Counted from the first letter of the stretch, positions 39,600-53,890 are shown. The stretch: DNA of 64,000 nucleotides from Camelus ferus (GCF_009834535.1 NC_045697.1:94614001-94678000), one strand, 5' to 3'. Notes: generated by a model not told the origin, from the sequence alone. Numbers and translations are program-made.

Positions 39600-40470
39600 G
39601 AGTAAAAATCAGAGTTGTAAAAGGCAAAAAAAAAAAAAAAAAATCCCTGAAGAAGAAGGAGGATATGAAAGTCTCTGATGACCTGACTGGCAACAGATGA
39701 GTTCAGGAGATAGGCTAGGTTGAAACAAAAAAGTTGGATTTTATTAACACTGAAGTAGGAGGTATATGAAGGAATTAACCAAGTGGTGTGATCTGATTTT
39801 TCTCTTTTGCTTACACTCCCTGGAGAGTGCAGAACTGACTGACAGATGCATGAGACATAAGGCCTGCGAGTGGTGAAATGGGGACATCTTCACCGTGGAG
39901 AGAATGGGCACACATTTTGAAGAGCTAATCAACAGTGCTTGCTGTTCTCTTACACGTAGGAGGTGAGGAACGAGAAAGAATCAAAGATATATATAGCTTC
40001 TGACTTGAGCCGCTGAATACCTAGTGGTGTCATTTAGTGAGAAAGTGAAACTGATGGAGGAGAATCTACTGAAGCCATAATAAATCAAAGATTCAGCTTT
40101 GGACCTGTTAAGTCTGAGATGTCTGTGAGATACCTAAGAAGAGGTCTCATATGAGCAATTGGGTATGTGGGTCTGGAGTGTAGAGGAAACACTTGATATG
40201 GATATAGATCTAAACAGAGCTAAAGACATAGAAATAGATATGCATGTACACATGTATGCATATATCTACTTTCATATAAATTTACAAATATGTATGTGTA
40301 TGTACATGAGATATCTGTATGTGGACGTGTGTGTATATATAGGTATATACACTTATGTATACATATGCATGTATGTATAAGTATGTGTATGTATGTATGA
40401 GAAGCATGTATTTTGCAAGCATAATGTCATCATCCAGATGGTATTTATGTCCATGAGAGCAAATGAGATT
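39600..40470 (-). mobile_element. L2 fragment interrupted by a TA/TG-rich low-complexity tract (about 40195-40400)
   Basis: ttcagctttggacctgttaagtctgagatgtctgtgagata...gagcaattgggtatgtgggtctggag. Confidence 0.75.
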
Positions 40471-41483
40471 TTCTGTCATATTTTTATATCTCCTCCAGTA
40501 TTTCCATCTCTGTGCAGCTATTGACCATTGTAACATTTTTATAACACTAATAGTTTACCTCATATATAGTTTACCATAGATATATTTGTTGTCTCATGTG
40601 GTAACAAGATTCTTTGGGGAACGTTTGATGTGCTGTTCTTTTCTGTATCTTCTACATTGCTTAAATTATATGTGTGTGTGCTTTCTATGCTACATATGGT
40701 TGAATTAAGTGTCCTGAAATTTTCAGTCTTAAACCTCTGTCAAATACTATATATCTATCTGCTATATTTGTTGAACATTGCTTTTTTAGTATTAATTTAT
40801 TCAACACAGCTATAAATGTGGGCATTCTGGACACACACTCTATTTTCTTCTCCCCAAAAGCAAGATATTTGGGGAAAGCCTAAAAAAGTGTTTGTGATCT
40901 TTACTGCTATAAAACAAACATAACAACAACAAAACCCTGTTTCATCCAATGCTTTAGAGTTCAGAGGAGGGAATAGGAAGTTTCACAATACTGGGCAAAT
41001 CAAAGAGCCGTGGATAGAACTATAGGCCTGGGATAGAGGGGGCTAACACACACAGTACAGTGAGATAAACAAGATACATTTTTCGAGTAAGTAGATTAGC
41101 AATAAAATGGAAGCTGTAAGTTGTTTCTCTCTGAGCAGTGTGTACATGTTTTCATCTCCTACCTAAAAGGTCTATCCCAAGGACAAAAATAAGTCCTATA
41201 ACCTTTCTGGGTTTTTTTGTTGTTGTTGTTGGTCTATAACCAACCTCCTTGCCTTCTACTTTTCTCCTTCATCATTCCATTAATTTCACTTATTTTCTCA
41301 TACCTGTTTATTCCCTTGGAAGGCTGTTTTAAATATAAAATAGCCTATTTTCAAGTATTCTTCAATTTCCCTTCATCAGGTTTCTAATTATGTGACATGT
41401 AGAATTTGATCATGCTTTTGCAATCAATTAAAGTTTCATCTTTAACTAAATTACATAGAACATCACTAGGTAAACACTTATGA

Positions 41484-41545
41484 AGGGGAAGGAAAGAAAA
41501 GAAAAGAAAAAAAGGAAAGGAAAGGAAAAGAAAGAAAAGAAAAGA
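41484..41545. repeat. (GAAAA/GGAAA)n simple repeat
   Basis: Directly visible. Confidence 0.9.
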
Positions 41546-41987
41546 TAGAGGTTCACATTTTCAAGACTAAAAAAATATTATGAACTGTAATCATGAAACT
41601 ACTTATCTAAAATCCATTAGAAATGCAATGATTTAAAATGATGATAACTAATTTGAAACAACCCCTCCCACTTTAGATAAGTAACTCTAAAGTGAAAGCT
41701 TACACAAATATCTCCATGCTCATGCCAAGCAAAGAAATTATTTGAATTAGTTTAGCCATGTTCATTCATTCTGCTTTACTAATCAAGCCATAACATATTC
41801 TCTAAACTTTTCCATAGATGGAATAATAAGCACCAAAAGCGTGTGCATAAAAATAACAGATGTAGGCTGCTTTTTTTCTGGTTAATATCACCTGTGGATG
41901 TGTCACACACTGTGTACTTAAAAGGATTTAAAAAGAAAGTGGTTATTTTAAAAGGAAATAAAACCACCGTTACTAAGACATGAGCTT

Positions 41988-43221
41988 CTCTAACACCATA
42001 TACAAAAATAAACTCAAAATGGATTAAAGACTTAAATGTAAGACTGGATACTATAAACCTCCAGAAGAAAACATAGGCAGAATACACTTTGACATAAATT
42101 ACAACAATACTTTTTGGATCCGTCTCCTAAAGTAAAGGAAATAAAAGCGAAAATAAACAAATGGGACCTAATTAAGCCTAAAAGCTTTTGCACAACAAAG
42201 GAAACCATCGACCGAACAAAAAGACAGTTACTGAATGGGAGAAAATATTTGCAAATGATATGACCTATAAAGAATTAATATCCAACATATATATACAGCT
42301 CATACAACTCAACATCAAAAAACAAACAACCCAAGTAAAAAATGGACAGAAGAACTGAATAGACATTTTCCCAAAGACAAAATACAAATGGCCAACAGGT
42401 ACATCAGAAGATACTCAACATCCCTAATACTCAGGGAAATGCAAACCAAAACTACAATGAGGTATCACTTCACACCTATCAGATGGCTATCATCAAAAGA
42501 ACACAAATAACAAATGTTGGTAAGGATGTGGAGAAAATGGGACCCCTGTACACAGTTGGTGGGAATGTAAATCAGTGCAGCCACTATGGAAATCAGTATG
42601 GAGGTTTCTTAAAAAACTGAAAACAGGACTACCATATGATCCAGCAATTCCATTTCTTGGTATGTATCAAAAAGAAAAAAAAAACAGTAACATTAATTGG
42701 AAAAGATATATGCACCAGTGTTCATAGCAGCATTATTTACAATTGCCAAGATATGGAAGCAACCTAAGTGTCTATCAACAGATAAATGGATAAAGATGTG
42801 TTTTATATATATGTGTATATATACACACACACATACACACACATTCATAATGGAATACTACTCAGTTATAAGAAAGAATGAACTTTTGCCATTTTTAGCA
42901 ACATGGATGGATGTGCACAGCATTATGCTAAATGAAGTACTTTAGATAGAGAAAGACAAATACTACATGATATCACTTACATGCGGAATCTAAAAAATAC
43001 AACAAACTAATGAATACAACAAAAAAGGATACTCATAGATATAGAGAACAAACTAGTGGTTACCAGTGGGGAGAAGCAAAATAGGGGTGAATGAGTGGGA
43101 GGTACAAACTCTTTAGTATAAGATAGGCTCCAAGAGCTACTGTAACAACATGGGAATTACAGCCAGTTATTGTAATAAGTGTAAATGGAAAGTAAACTTT
43201 AAAAACTGTGTAATTTTAAAA
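41988..43221 (+). mobile_element. 5'-truncated L1 (ORF2 3' part + 3'UTR) with 13-bp TSD
   Basis: acaccatatacaaaaataaactcaaaatggattaaagacttaaatgtaagac; ORF 42697-42945 reads VFIAALFTIAKIWKQPKC. Flanks are aagacatgagctt (41975-41987) and aatacatgagctt (43222-43234). Confidence 0.95.
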
Positions 43222-46200
43222 AATACATGAGCTTGCTCTATTGCTCAGCATTAAAATTAAAAAAAACAAAAAGAGAAAATATTAGAAAAATTGTCATGGC
43301 GGGCTAATGTTGGTTAGTCTTCTGGAAAACAGAATTATTCATAGTCGTGAAATTCTGATAAAATAGAGACTCCAGTGACAGTAACATATCTACTGTAGTC
43401 CCGGAATTAGTAGGCTGAATTTTCTATATAAAGACAGCCTTTCAAGCATTTATCTTAAACTTTTTTGCATCTTCTAAAGGTGACTAACAATGCTTGAGTA
43501 TGTGTTTGCGTGTGATAATTTTCCCTTAATTCACAGAGACATAGATAAAATACCACCCTATTGAGTTGTTGGATGTGATAACAGCTAAGATCCATGGAAA
43601 ATCACAGTAATTCTAAAATTTAATATTAAATAGATTTTATGAAATGATTTATATGTGTGATACTTATTCCATTGACAGGTTTTCAGTAAAATTAAACTAT
43701 AAGAAAAAAATATGTATTAGTGAAATGACCAGAAAGATATAATTAATCAAATGAATATAAAACATGGTATTAGTTTTATTTTTCACTTTTCTTTTTTCAT
43801 TAGAAGTTGTTTTTAACCTGCAGATTTGCTATGCTTCAAATATTATAATGAGATCATTTCATACTGAATATTGCTAGAAATAATATCTTCAACCATGAAG
43901 AAAAATGCATGTGGTTCTCTATAGTGTTTCAGAATATATGGGAAAATATTCTTTGTCCTTAAATTTGCATCTGTTTTGAATTATGCAGTGTGAGTTAAAA
44001 ATAAAGATTTGATCTCTTATGTCTACCTTAACTACTTTTATGAGGTGGCATAATTCAGAGGAGAATCTAAGAGGTGTCCTTCAAGAATCTGTCACCTCTC
44101 AGATGTCACCTTATACAGTTTTGCTGTTATACCCAGAGCAATGTCTCTCTTTCATTGGTAATTTGCATTTGGCCCTCTATCAGGCATTGATTTTCACTTC
44201 TGTTCCCAATACAGCAGTAAGACTTGGAATGTCTAAGTTGTGTTTGATTTTCATTTGGGAGTTCTATTCTTTCATTGCCACTAAAATCTATTTTTCAGAG
44301 GACTACAGTTAATACTTCAGAGTAAGTCTAAGATCTTTAATGTTTTAATTTAGGAGTGAAAGGTACTATGATAGTTAACTTGGCTTATGCAATAGGAAGG
44401 GGTCATCCAATTTTTTGACTAATAAAACATCATCATTTTATATCACAGATAGCTTCAAAAATTATATTTACATAAAAACTGTAGAAAGTTACAGAATAAA
44501 GGGACAGAGATTAAATTCTGAAAAGCTATTTTTCCTTTTAAGAATACTTCTCTTAATTTGTAAGAGTTAATAAAAAGTATAATACATTGAAAATAAGCTT
44601 GAGACATTAAATATAAATAATTCATGTTTAGTCTGCATAGAACTACACATATTATTAAAGCACATCTAGTAAGTTTCCATAAGGATGTCAGTGGTCATTA
44701 CACACAAAGTATCACACAGGAGATTGAGAAATGTTATTTACAGCATATATCTCCATAACTTCTGCAAAAAGACATATGTGCTAATTTCTAAGGCAAGATC
44801 AAGGGACTACTCCTTTTATGAGTCAGATTTTAAAGCAAGTCTTTTTTGTATCTATTATAGATCATTTAATTTATTCTGATTTAAGTGTACAGATGTCCAA
44901 TATTCATTTAAAATGTATATTCCATAAAGTCTCAGACTAGATTTATGAGAAAAAACTTGGAAGCAAAAATAGGTATTAGGAAGGACTATTACTCTCCCCT
45001 CAAAGGCTGATGAAAGTAAGACTTAATAAACTAAATAGGATTAGAAGCAGAGTGTTTTTAAATAGATGTGTTAGCATGGTTTTTATATACGTTCTTCTAA
45101 AATCACAATGCTATTCTACTCCCACCTGCTTGGTAGAAACGTTTTAAAAAATTTATAAAACACAAATAAGCTTTAAAAGAACCTGAATAAAATGACATAC
45201 AGTTCTAATTCCCATTAGAGTCCCTAATGATGCTCATTACAACTCTAACTGCATTTTAATGCTGAAATATAATGCCTCTATTCATCATCAGAATGCAATA
45301 CGGATGCTGACAATTGATGAAACTTAATAATAGAAGAGTTCACAAAATTCGAAACTCTGTGTATATTTTCAGCTTGAAAGGAAATGTGTGATGGATGTCG
45401 ATTGGCTCCAAGAAAAGTGAAATGACACTTCTGAAAGAGGAAATAAAGATAAAGGGCTTTAAAAAGGTTCAGTGACATCTCTCACTTTAGCAAACAGGCA
45501 TAAGACAGGGTGAAACCCTTTCTGACAAAATTAAAAAGGAATAAGAGGAAAGTCTTATTAGATTACTTTTCATTTTAAAGAGGTTATTAAAAACCAAGTT
45601 GTACTAATCCTAAATTCTCAGTCATTTTCTAATGTCTCTTAGAAGCCAGCTTTGTTTGTATTTCGCATCTCATGTACGTGTGCAGTTCTTTTCTTTTTGA
45701 AGAAAAAGGAGTTTTTGTTTTTTTATTTTAAATAGGATAGTGGGTTTTGAAATAGGATTCAGACATGTGGACCAGTACTAGTCTCAGGCCCAGAGAAATC
45801 AAAAGGTTACTAAAGGTCATAGGGATAATTTATTTGATTTTCTCTGTTCTAATAAAGGAAGAATTGTTTAGTGACTCCATTACAAGGCTGAGTGAGATCA
45901 CATTTTGATTCTCTCACAGCTAGGAAGTGAAAATCTTAAAGTTTTGCTGCTAAGTTATAATTGATAAATGTTCATTATAGGCAATTTTGTAAATACAGAC
46001 GCTACTAAGAACTAAATAAACATCACTCATGATCCCCGGTGCAGAGATAATCTTTGGCGAGTTCTGGAAGGATCTTCCAATTACTTTTTGGTTTGTATTG
46101 AGCTGATCTCTTTAATCTGTTCTGCAGTGTTTGTTTTTTTTTTTCCCAACTTTACATTGTGAACATATTTTTTCTGTTAATGTGCAAATTTCAAAAAAGC

Positions 46201-46299
46201 CTCATATTATTTGATAAAACCCTACTGAAACAAATAGTAACATTCAAAATATAAAAATCTATGCCCAAATTTGTCTTTGTCACCACGATGTGACTGATA

Positions 46300-46945
46300 T
46301 GTCACAGAGCCTGTGGGAATGTTTAGTCTTTGATGTTTTACAAAATCCCTCTGTGAAAATATCTTGGCTTTGTCCTTTTTTTGGGAGGGGTAATTTCTTC
46401 ATTACCCTATTTTTTTTTTCTGTGCAAATTTGACAGTATAAGCTTTTTGTGGGGTAATTTTGATCAACTCTATTTCCCTAGGGAATTATTCATTTCATCT
46501 AGGTTTTCAAAACTATTTGGATAGGCTTGCAAAGTAGCCTCTTGTGATTTAAAAAAAAAAGTTATCTGCTTAAATGGCATTTTCCCTTTACCATCTCTTT
46601 ACTCTGTCTCTTGGTCTCTGTCTCTGTTTCTGTCCCTCTCTCTCTTTTCTTGATCAAATTAAATAATAATTAGGTCAAAAACCTAGGGTTTTAATATATA
46701 TATTCAGTAAATTTTTTATTCTCTAACTTACTAATTTCTGCTTTTTCTGTACTATTTCCTTTCTTGTGTGTCCTTTCAATTTACTTTGCTGTTCTATTTC
46801 TAGTTCTTTGAGCCGAGAATTTAATTCATTTTCATGTTTTCATTTTTAATGACAAAAATACATGTAGAGCTGTACTGCTCTGTTCATTGTTTAAAATCCC
46901 ATAAATTATACTGTTTTCATTAATCTAGTATTTCAGTAGTGTTTT
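46300..46945 (-). mobile_element. Old L1 (L1ME-type) fragment
   Basis: attcatttcatctaggttttcaaaactatttg...ctttactttgctgttctatttctagttctttgag. Confidence 0.65.
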
Positions 46946-46951
46946 TCCTAT

Positions 46952-47426
46952 TGTTGACTGAAATAAATGCACAGCCTAAAAGTTGACAGTTATGTTTTAT
47001 TTGGTGGGAGGACTCGAGCCACGATGACAGCCCCTCAGATCGCTCTGAGGGACTGCCCCGAAGAGGTAGGGGAAAAGCTAGGATATACAGAAGCTTTACA
47101 ACAAAGACTAGGTAGTTGGAACAATAAAAGATTACTTGTTACCTAAAGAAAACCAGGCATCTCAAGTTCAAGAATTTAGTGCTTTTCTATGTATGGGAGG
47201 AAGGAAACATTTGGGCTCATTGAATTCATTCCTTTGACAAACACCTAGCTATCTAGGGCCAGTATCCTGTCCCTTCTTATTCTGAGTCCCCTGAGAGGGC
47301 ACCATAGTGAGTGGCTGTAGAGGCTGGGCTGCAGGTCTGTCCTCACTGGGGGGGTGGCGGCAGCTGCTGATGACTTGGTTTCAGCATTCTTTATTTACTG
47401 ATATGGTTGCAGTATTTTCATTCACA
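46952..47426 (-). mobile_element. ERV1 solo LTR, MER41-like, with perfect 4-bp TSD CTAT
   Basis: TG...CA ends; ctat at 46948-46951 and 47427-47430; aatttagtgcttttctatgtatgggag...tgggctcattgaattcattcctttga resembles MER41. Confidence 0.88.
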
Positions 47427-49443
47427 CTATCATCCAAGATTTTTAATAGAATCCATTTCTAATTTTGACTTAATTTTTTTTCCAATTGTTATTTTTTTCA
47501 CAGTTTATCTGTATTTTGTAATCTTTCTAGTGACACATCAAGGTTATCAAAGACTAAGACCCTTCATTTCTAGTAATTTATGTGACCACCATCGATATCA
47601 TGGGAAATTCAAATAACTTTTGCTCATAAAGTAATTTTGAATGATTCTAATAATAAAATGCTTAACTTGCTTTGCTATTTTGCCTTCCAATTTTTTTATA
47701 TAAACTAACCATTTGAGTCTAATATCTATTTTCTGCTTCTATTTTTCTTCTATATTAATGATTTATTAATTCCTAATATTTTGAAAGCTCCAGAAACAGT
47801 TCTCAAACTATATTTGTATATCTTACTTATATTTTATAGTATATGTTTATATATTTATAATATATATTTATATTTTTTAAAATTTCTTGCTGCCTAGCCC
47901 AGGGATTTCAACTGTTTCCTTTCACCTTTCAGTCTGGTGCCATGCATGTTATCTCTTGGAATTTCATCCATAAAGAGTCTGTTCTGTTTAACTCCAGATA
48001 TTCATGCACACATTATTTTAATTTCAATAATCTTACTGGTAATAAATTTTGGGAAACTTAAGTTATAAAATAACTAACTTTGATGTTGATTATTATTCAA
48101 GCTTGAAGAAATGTTATAAATATCTTATTTCCCTTTTTCCACAACTGTATTACTTCAATTTTTCCTTTTTTTTTTTTTTTAAAGCCATCTTGAACCCAGG
48201 AGTCTACTCACATTTACATTTGCCTCACATCCAGTGAAAGGAATTCAATACTACAAAATAGACTCACCTACAGAGTGTTGGACAAGATCTGATCTAAAAA
48301 TTCTAAGTTTGTTGACTATTTTGTTTTTCACCTTGGTGTATAAAGATACTATAGCTGTAAACATCCATTCTACACCATTTACTTGAACAATAAATTCACT
48401 TACAATGCAAAGTAATATAAAAGTTGGAGTTAACAAAACACTTCAGTTGAAGTGATGATTTTAAATTAGTTTAAAACATTAATTAAATTTTAGCCAGCTA
48501 TAGAAACATATTACAGTTTTCTTAGCCTAAGAATGATATATGTCTACCTTATGCTTACAATAACAGATTTTTCCATCATTTGCCAAGTTACTAAAAAATA
48601 TGTTTGGATCATTCAGAGGAGACATTTCAGCAATAAATTACTATTAATAAATGATATTAAAAGGCAGCATTAAAAAAATAATGTTACATATAAATTAAAG
48701 TGGCAGATCCTGAGGTAATAGACAAAAAGGTAAATGATTCCATTAATCTCATTAGGAAAATATAAATTATAAACTGCTTATGAGAAAATAGAACACTGAA
48801 TTTTATTCTGTACATTCCTTTAGTTCCTGGACACAATAATTGCTAACCTCTTAAAAAAACTTCTAGGTAAAAGAATAGGGGGAATTATAAATAATAATAC
48901 TATACATAAAAACTAAATTAGCATTTTGCACTAGAATCACCATTATTTAAGAAAATTTACAACCACTTAAAATTTGTTATTTCAAGGTAACACTTTTATT
49001 TCAGAACAGATTGTTCTTCCAACTTTATCCATATTCTTGGTAAACTTATTTCAATAAACATGTTTTTACTTTTTTATCTTCTTTACCTAATTACCTTCAG
49101 CTTTTAAGAGAGATCTGTATTACAGAGCTTGATAATACACTCCAGATGTCTTCCATCTGACGAGATTCTTCTGAATGTGTAACAGTCTTAACAGTTTTCT
49201 GTTACCTCTCAGAGAACAGTTTCATAAAGTGAAGTACTACTCAGTCTGGTATTATTAAATAGCCATAGATTGGAAGGAACTTAAAAATACTCAAAATAAT
49301 ATGTTATTTGCAAACAAATACATATATTTATAGCAATGTATTTATTTCTATCATCATGTAAAACTCCTCTCTGAAGAAAAATAACATGACTATAAAATGA
49401 TGATGTTCAGGTAGTAGATAGAACATTAAGTAGGTCATAAACA

Positions 49444-49766
49444 TGTTAAATTAATTAAGCAAGGAGGCTGGTAGACTGCGGTGGCTCTAAAGTCATGGAA
49501 GCCTCCGTGAACAAATGAAAACCTGCGAATACTTAAGCGTAATGAAATCGAAACCTAGAACAACCAATCACAAGCAGCCAACGGGGCATAAGCCGCAGCC
49601 AACCAATACTTTCCTCACTTTGCTCCAGCCTTTTCTCTATAAAAGCCTCTCCTTGAGCTCCTGATGGCGGAGTGTTTCTAGCCACCTCAGTGTGGTGTTG
49701 CCTGATTAGAATGGATTTATGCTCAAACTCTTAAAAACTTTAATATGCCTCAGTTCATCTTTAAAA
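49444..49766 (+). mobile_element. ERV1 solo LTR (MER110/MER89-like)
   Basis: Starts tgttaa; CCAAT at 49564 and 49603, TATAAAA at 49638; ends tttaatatgcctcagttcatctttaa. Confidence 0.75.
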
Positions 49767-50104
49767 ACTTCATTCCACGTATTCTCTCTACCTACTGCTG
49801 GTGGTCACACACTGCATCCTTGGTCTACTGTAACTCTGAAATGCAAATCACTGGCAGCTAGGCACGTCAGTAGTGTGTCGTCTTCATAGATTTTCAGTTT
49901 TCATGAATCACCCCCTCAATATTAATTTTATCCTAGTTGTCTATTTCATTATGTGATTTTTTTCAGTAAATAATCATCGTCATCTTATCTTGCCACTCTC
50001 CGTGTTATGCAGAGTAAACAAGATGAAAAAAGGCTGGTCTTAATCTAGTTGAGGTTGAAAACTATTATAGCAATAAACCAAGTGTGTTTGGGGAGCAGCA
50101 AATC

Positions 50105-50662
50105 AATGAATTTAAAAGTTGGGATCATGTCTTTTCACTTCTAAAATCCCTCAAAAGCTAATAAAAGCATACAAATCCTTATGAAATCCTGAGTCACGAA
50201 AACGCTGACGGTCCCAGTGTCTACCACCTCCCATCATTCCCTCTCCTTCAGCCACGCTGGTTTCCTTGTGCTTTCTTAAGCACCCAAGCATAATCCTGCC
50301 ACAAGGTGTTTGCACTGGTTATTTCCTCTAAGGGAAATTTTCTCCCCGTACATACCCCTTGGCCAGCTTCCAAACTTCAGTCAGAAGTCTGCTTACAAGT
50401 CTCCCCTTCTCACCAAGAACTCCTTTCAGATCCCTCTGTCTAAACCTGCACTCCTACTCATGCCAATCCTTTCACTCTACTGCTTGTTCTTCAATGCATT
50501 TATCATTAATTGACATTAGTCTTTATTAATAGTGAGGCCCGTGAGACTGTAAGCTCCTGAAGCCAAGTATTTTGTCAGTTTTGTTTATTATTGTATTCCC
50601 AGGGCCTAAAGCTTTTCTTTGCAAAATGTAAATACTCAGTACACTTTTTGAATAAACAAGTG
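50105..50662 (+). mobile_element. L2 3' fragment
   Basis: cagccacgctgg...tttgcactggtt...agactgtaagctcctgaag...ttgaataaacaa. Confidence 0.8.
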
Positions 50663-52789
50663 GGTTATTAATTACTTATTTTAGTGACCTTCTTGGTAGC
50701 CAGTACAATAAAATAATTTGAAATAAAAGTTGGATATCTTCAGAGTAAGTCAGAAGATCAAAGTGGGTTGAAGGGTAAACACATAGACATGAGGTTCTCA
50801 TACTGACAGTTGGGGGGACATTACAGGATTGGAAAATTACAAAATTTATTTTGTAAAACTTTAAATTTGATGGATAGTAATAAAGTACTTATGCCATAAA
50901 AACAACTCAGGATTAACTTTTTGAACTTTCAATTAAGTAAAGATAAGCAAATTCGAGTGTCAAACTACAGTGAGCAAATCCTTCACAAAAATACACGGAA
51001 GCCTGAACAATCCTCCCACACTATCTGTACCTCATGTCATTTTCAGACAATAAATCTCATTCTGGGTATTATACATTTTCAGTAACTTATTACTAATTCA
51101 GAGACTGAGGGGAAAATGTCCACCATCTTCTAAAGTAGTATCTTTATCAACTCTACCAGGGTATCTGCAATGTTTCCCTGAGAGCATCAGGACACCTTTT
51201 GGCAAACATCTCATACACTTCATTTATCTCTAAGTAGGGATCCTGCTTAGCCTTGAGGTTTTTCAAAACTAAAGAAATAAATACCAAGTCAATAGAAAAT
51301 GTATAAATATATTTTTGTCAAATTGATCTTACATTTTTAATAACACATTTAAGATCACATTTGGTATCCAGCAATTTTAGTGAAGCTCTATATTCTTATG
51401 CAGATTATGTAAAAATGCTACTTGCATAACATTCTGGGAAGGAGATTTAGAAAGTGTTATCTTCTAAAGATCATTTAAATATAAGACTATGGAGCAATTA
51501 TCCATGGATGCTTAAAACATCAGATGGTGGAAAAATCACCTCATCCTGTTCAATGGGGAGCAATCTGGTGGCATGCAGGGTGTATTGTAATTGTTTCATT
51601 ATTTTTAGTTGAGGAGAAAATGCTTGTGAGAATTTGATTACCTGCCCAAGCCTATATAAGCAGTTATCAAGAAGAAAAAAATACACCTTGGCAAATGCTG
51701 CCTATTTGTCAAGGGAGTACTTACATTCAGTTTGTGTATGATGTTTGAAGACAATTTAAATTTAGAATCTCGGAGATTCTTGACATACTTTTTAAGATTC
51801 AAAGATTACGTGAAAGGACTCAAAAGAAACTCATGTTGCCTCCACTAAACAGCTGAACATCAGACTTGAGAAAGAAAGGGGGAAAAAAGAATTTTTATTC
51901 TCAAGCTGCTATATCTTTGAAATAACTTACAAACAACAAATGGAAACCACTTTTGCAATATTTTACTCTTTGCAGACCAATCAAATACATCGGAATAGCA
52001 AAAAAGAAAAAAAAAAAAGGAAGGAAGGAGAGAAGGAAGGAAAAAAGAAACCCTATGTTCCAAAAATGTTTTCTTTTTTTAGACTATATATTCATAATTC
52101 AGCTTTGGAGTCTGCTCCCTGTCTTAGCTCCTCTAAACATATCTAGAATGACTGTGAAAATGCATTCTCAGGGGTTGGAAAAGGTCTCTGCAACATTTAT
52201 TCATTTAGCAAGTACTTGGATGCCTACCTAGTGCCTGGCATCCTTCTTAGGCCTGTAGATTACATTCTGAAGGGTTTTGGTCTGCCATCTTATTTTCGTC
52301 TCATTTTTCCAACTTCATGACTTCTGTTATTTCCATTTGGTCCTATTGTTTCTTTTTATATCATTGCTCCTAACTGAGAAACCAATTTCGACTTAATATC
52401 TTTGTTTTGTCATCAGCAATCTTGATGAAAATAATGACTAGATCGACTTCTTTTTAAGCTTCTGCCAGATAGGAAGAGGCTCAGAAATGCATTTAATTAT
52501 CCTAAATAGTATTATTATTTTTTTGACACCTGGAAAAATATATGTATTCATTAAATTCTGAGGCTTTCAACACTTACAGCAGTCTTACATGCTCCATACT
52601 ATTTAAAAAGGAGGTTTAAGAACAGCAATCTACTTGCAAGGGGAGACTAGGGGATTTACCTTTAACTTTAACCTCATTTGCCTCCTATCAAGTGCATGGA
52701 CACAGAGTACTAGAACGATTTTATATATAAATATATATAAATATAATGTAATGTTTACTACAGAAATTTATGGGAAGGCATAAAACTAG

Positions 52790-53500
52790 TATGATTTGCT
52801 GATGGATTGCAGAGAGAAAGAAGGCGAGGCTGATTCCAAGTTAAGGGGGCAGATGTCTTACAGGATGGAGTCGCCATTAGCTGCGTGGGGAAGACAGCAT
52901 CAAGACTGATGAGGAGAAGGGAGAGATTAAGATTTTGGCTTGGATTTTAAACATGCTAAGTTTTAGTTACCTATTTAGAACTCCAAATAGAATTGTCAAG
53001 CAGGTGATTATATATACATATCTGGAATTAATGGGAGATACCCATTTTTTTTAGATAAAAATTAGGTCTCATCAATGCATAGGTAGCATTTAAAGTTATA
53101 GAAGTGGCTGACTGCAAAGAAAAAGTAGATAGAAATGGTAGTCAGACCACTTGACTGTGCAGAGGGTGGGGAACTGAAGAGAAACTAGCATAAGGAGGAG
53201 ATGGAATGGTTGCTGTGATGAGGAGGAAAACCAGGAGGTTGTGATGTTCTAAAACACCAAGCAGAGAACTGTCTGAAGAAGGGACATGTGAGCCACTATG
53301 TCAAGTACTAAGTCAGGTAGGATGAGAACTGAGGATTGATCATTGGAGTTCGAAATGTGGAGATTTTTGATAACCTTGCCAAGAATATTTACATATGTGT
53401 ATGGATAAAAGCTTGACTCAAGTGAGTTTAAGAAGAAGAAAAAGAAAATTAAAACCAGCAAGTATTAGACAAGTCTTTGTAGAATGTTGTATTAAATAGG
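52790..53500 (-). mobile_element. L2 fragment
   Basis: acatgctaagttttagttacctatt...gaggaaaaccaggag...gtcaggtaggatgagaactgag. Confidence 0.8.
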
Positions 53501-53789
53501 GGTTGGGGAGAACCAGGGCAGCAATTTACATACAATCTGATTTTTCTCTTTAAATAAGAATCTATGAGTTGTTTCCTGGCATAATATTCTATAGTAATTT
53601 AAAACATGTCTAAGAATAACATGCTGTATGTTTTTTTTACTACTGAACTCACTATATCTTTTAATACAATTTTTTTTTCTAAAACAAATATGACTATTTC
53701 ATTTAGGTTTTATGTTCAGTGCAACATTGAAAGGCAGGTATAGACACTTGTCTCTCAAAAAAAAAAAAAAAAAAAAGACCCTAAGTGTT

Positions 53790-53890
53790 ACAACCTTAGG
53801 CTAACCAAGTATGTGACTCTTCGAAAAAATATACTTAACCTTTCTATGCTTCATTTTCCTCATTTACAAAAAGTGCTGACAAAATTACTT
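53790..53890 (+). mobile_element. MIR core fragment
   Basis: tacttaacctttctatgcttcattttcctcatttacaaaa. Confidence 0.65.

Noticed and set aside
40159..40536. ORFs across a TA/TG-rich tract
   Set aside because: Degenerate microsatellite within an L2.
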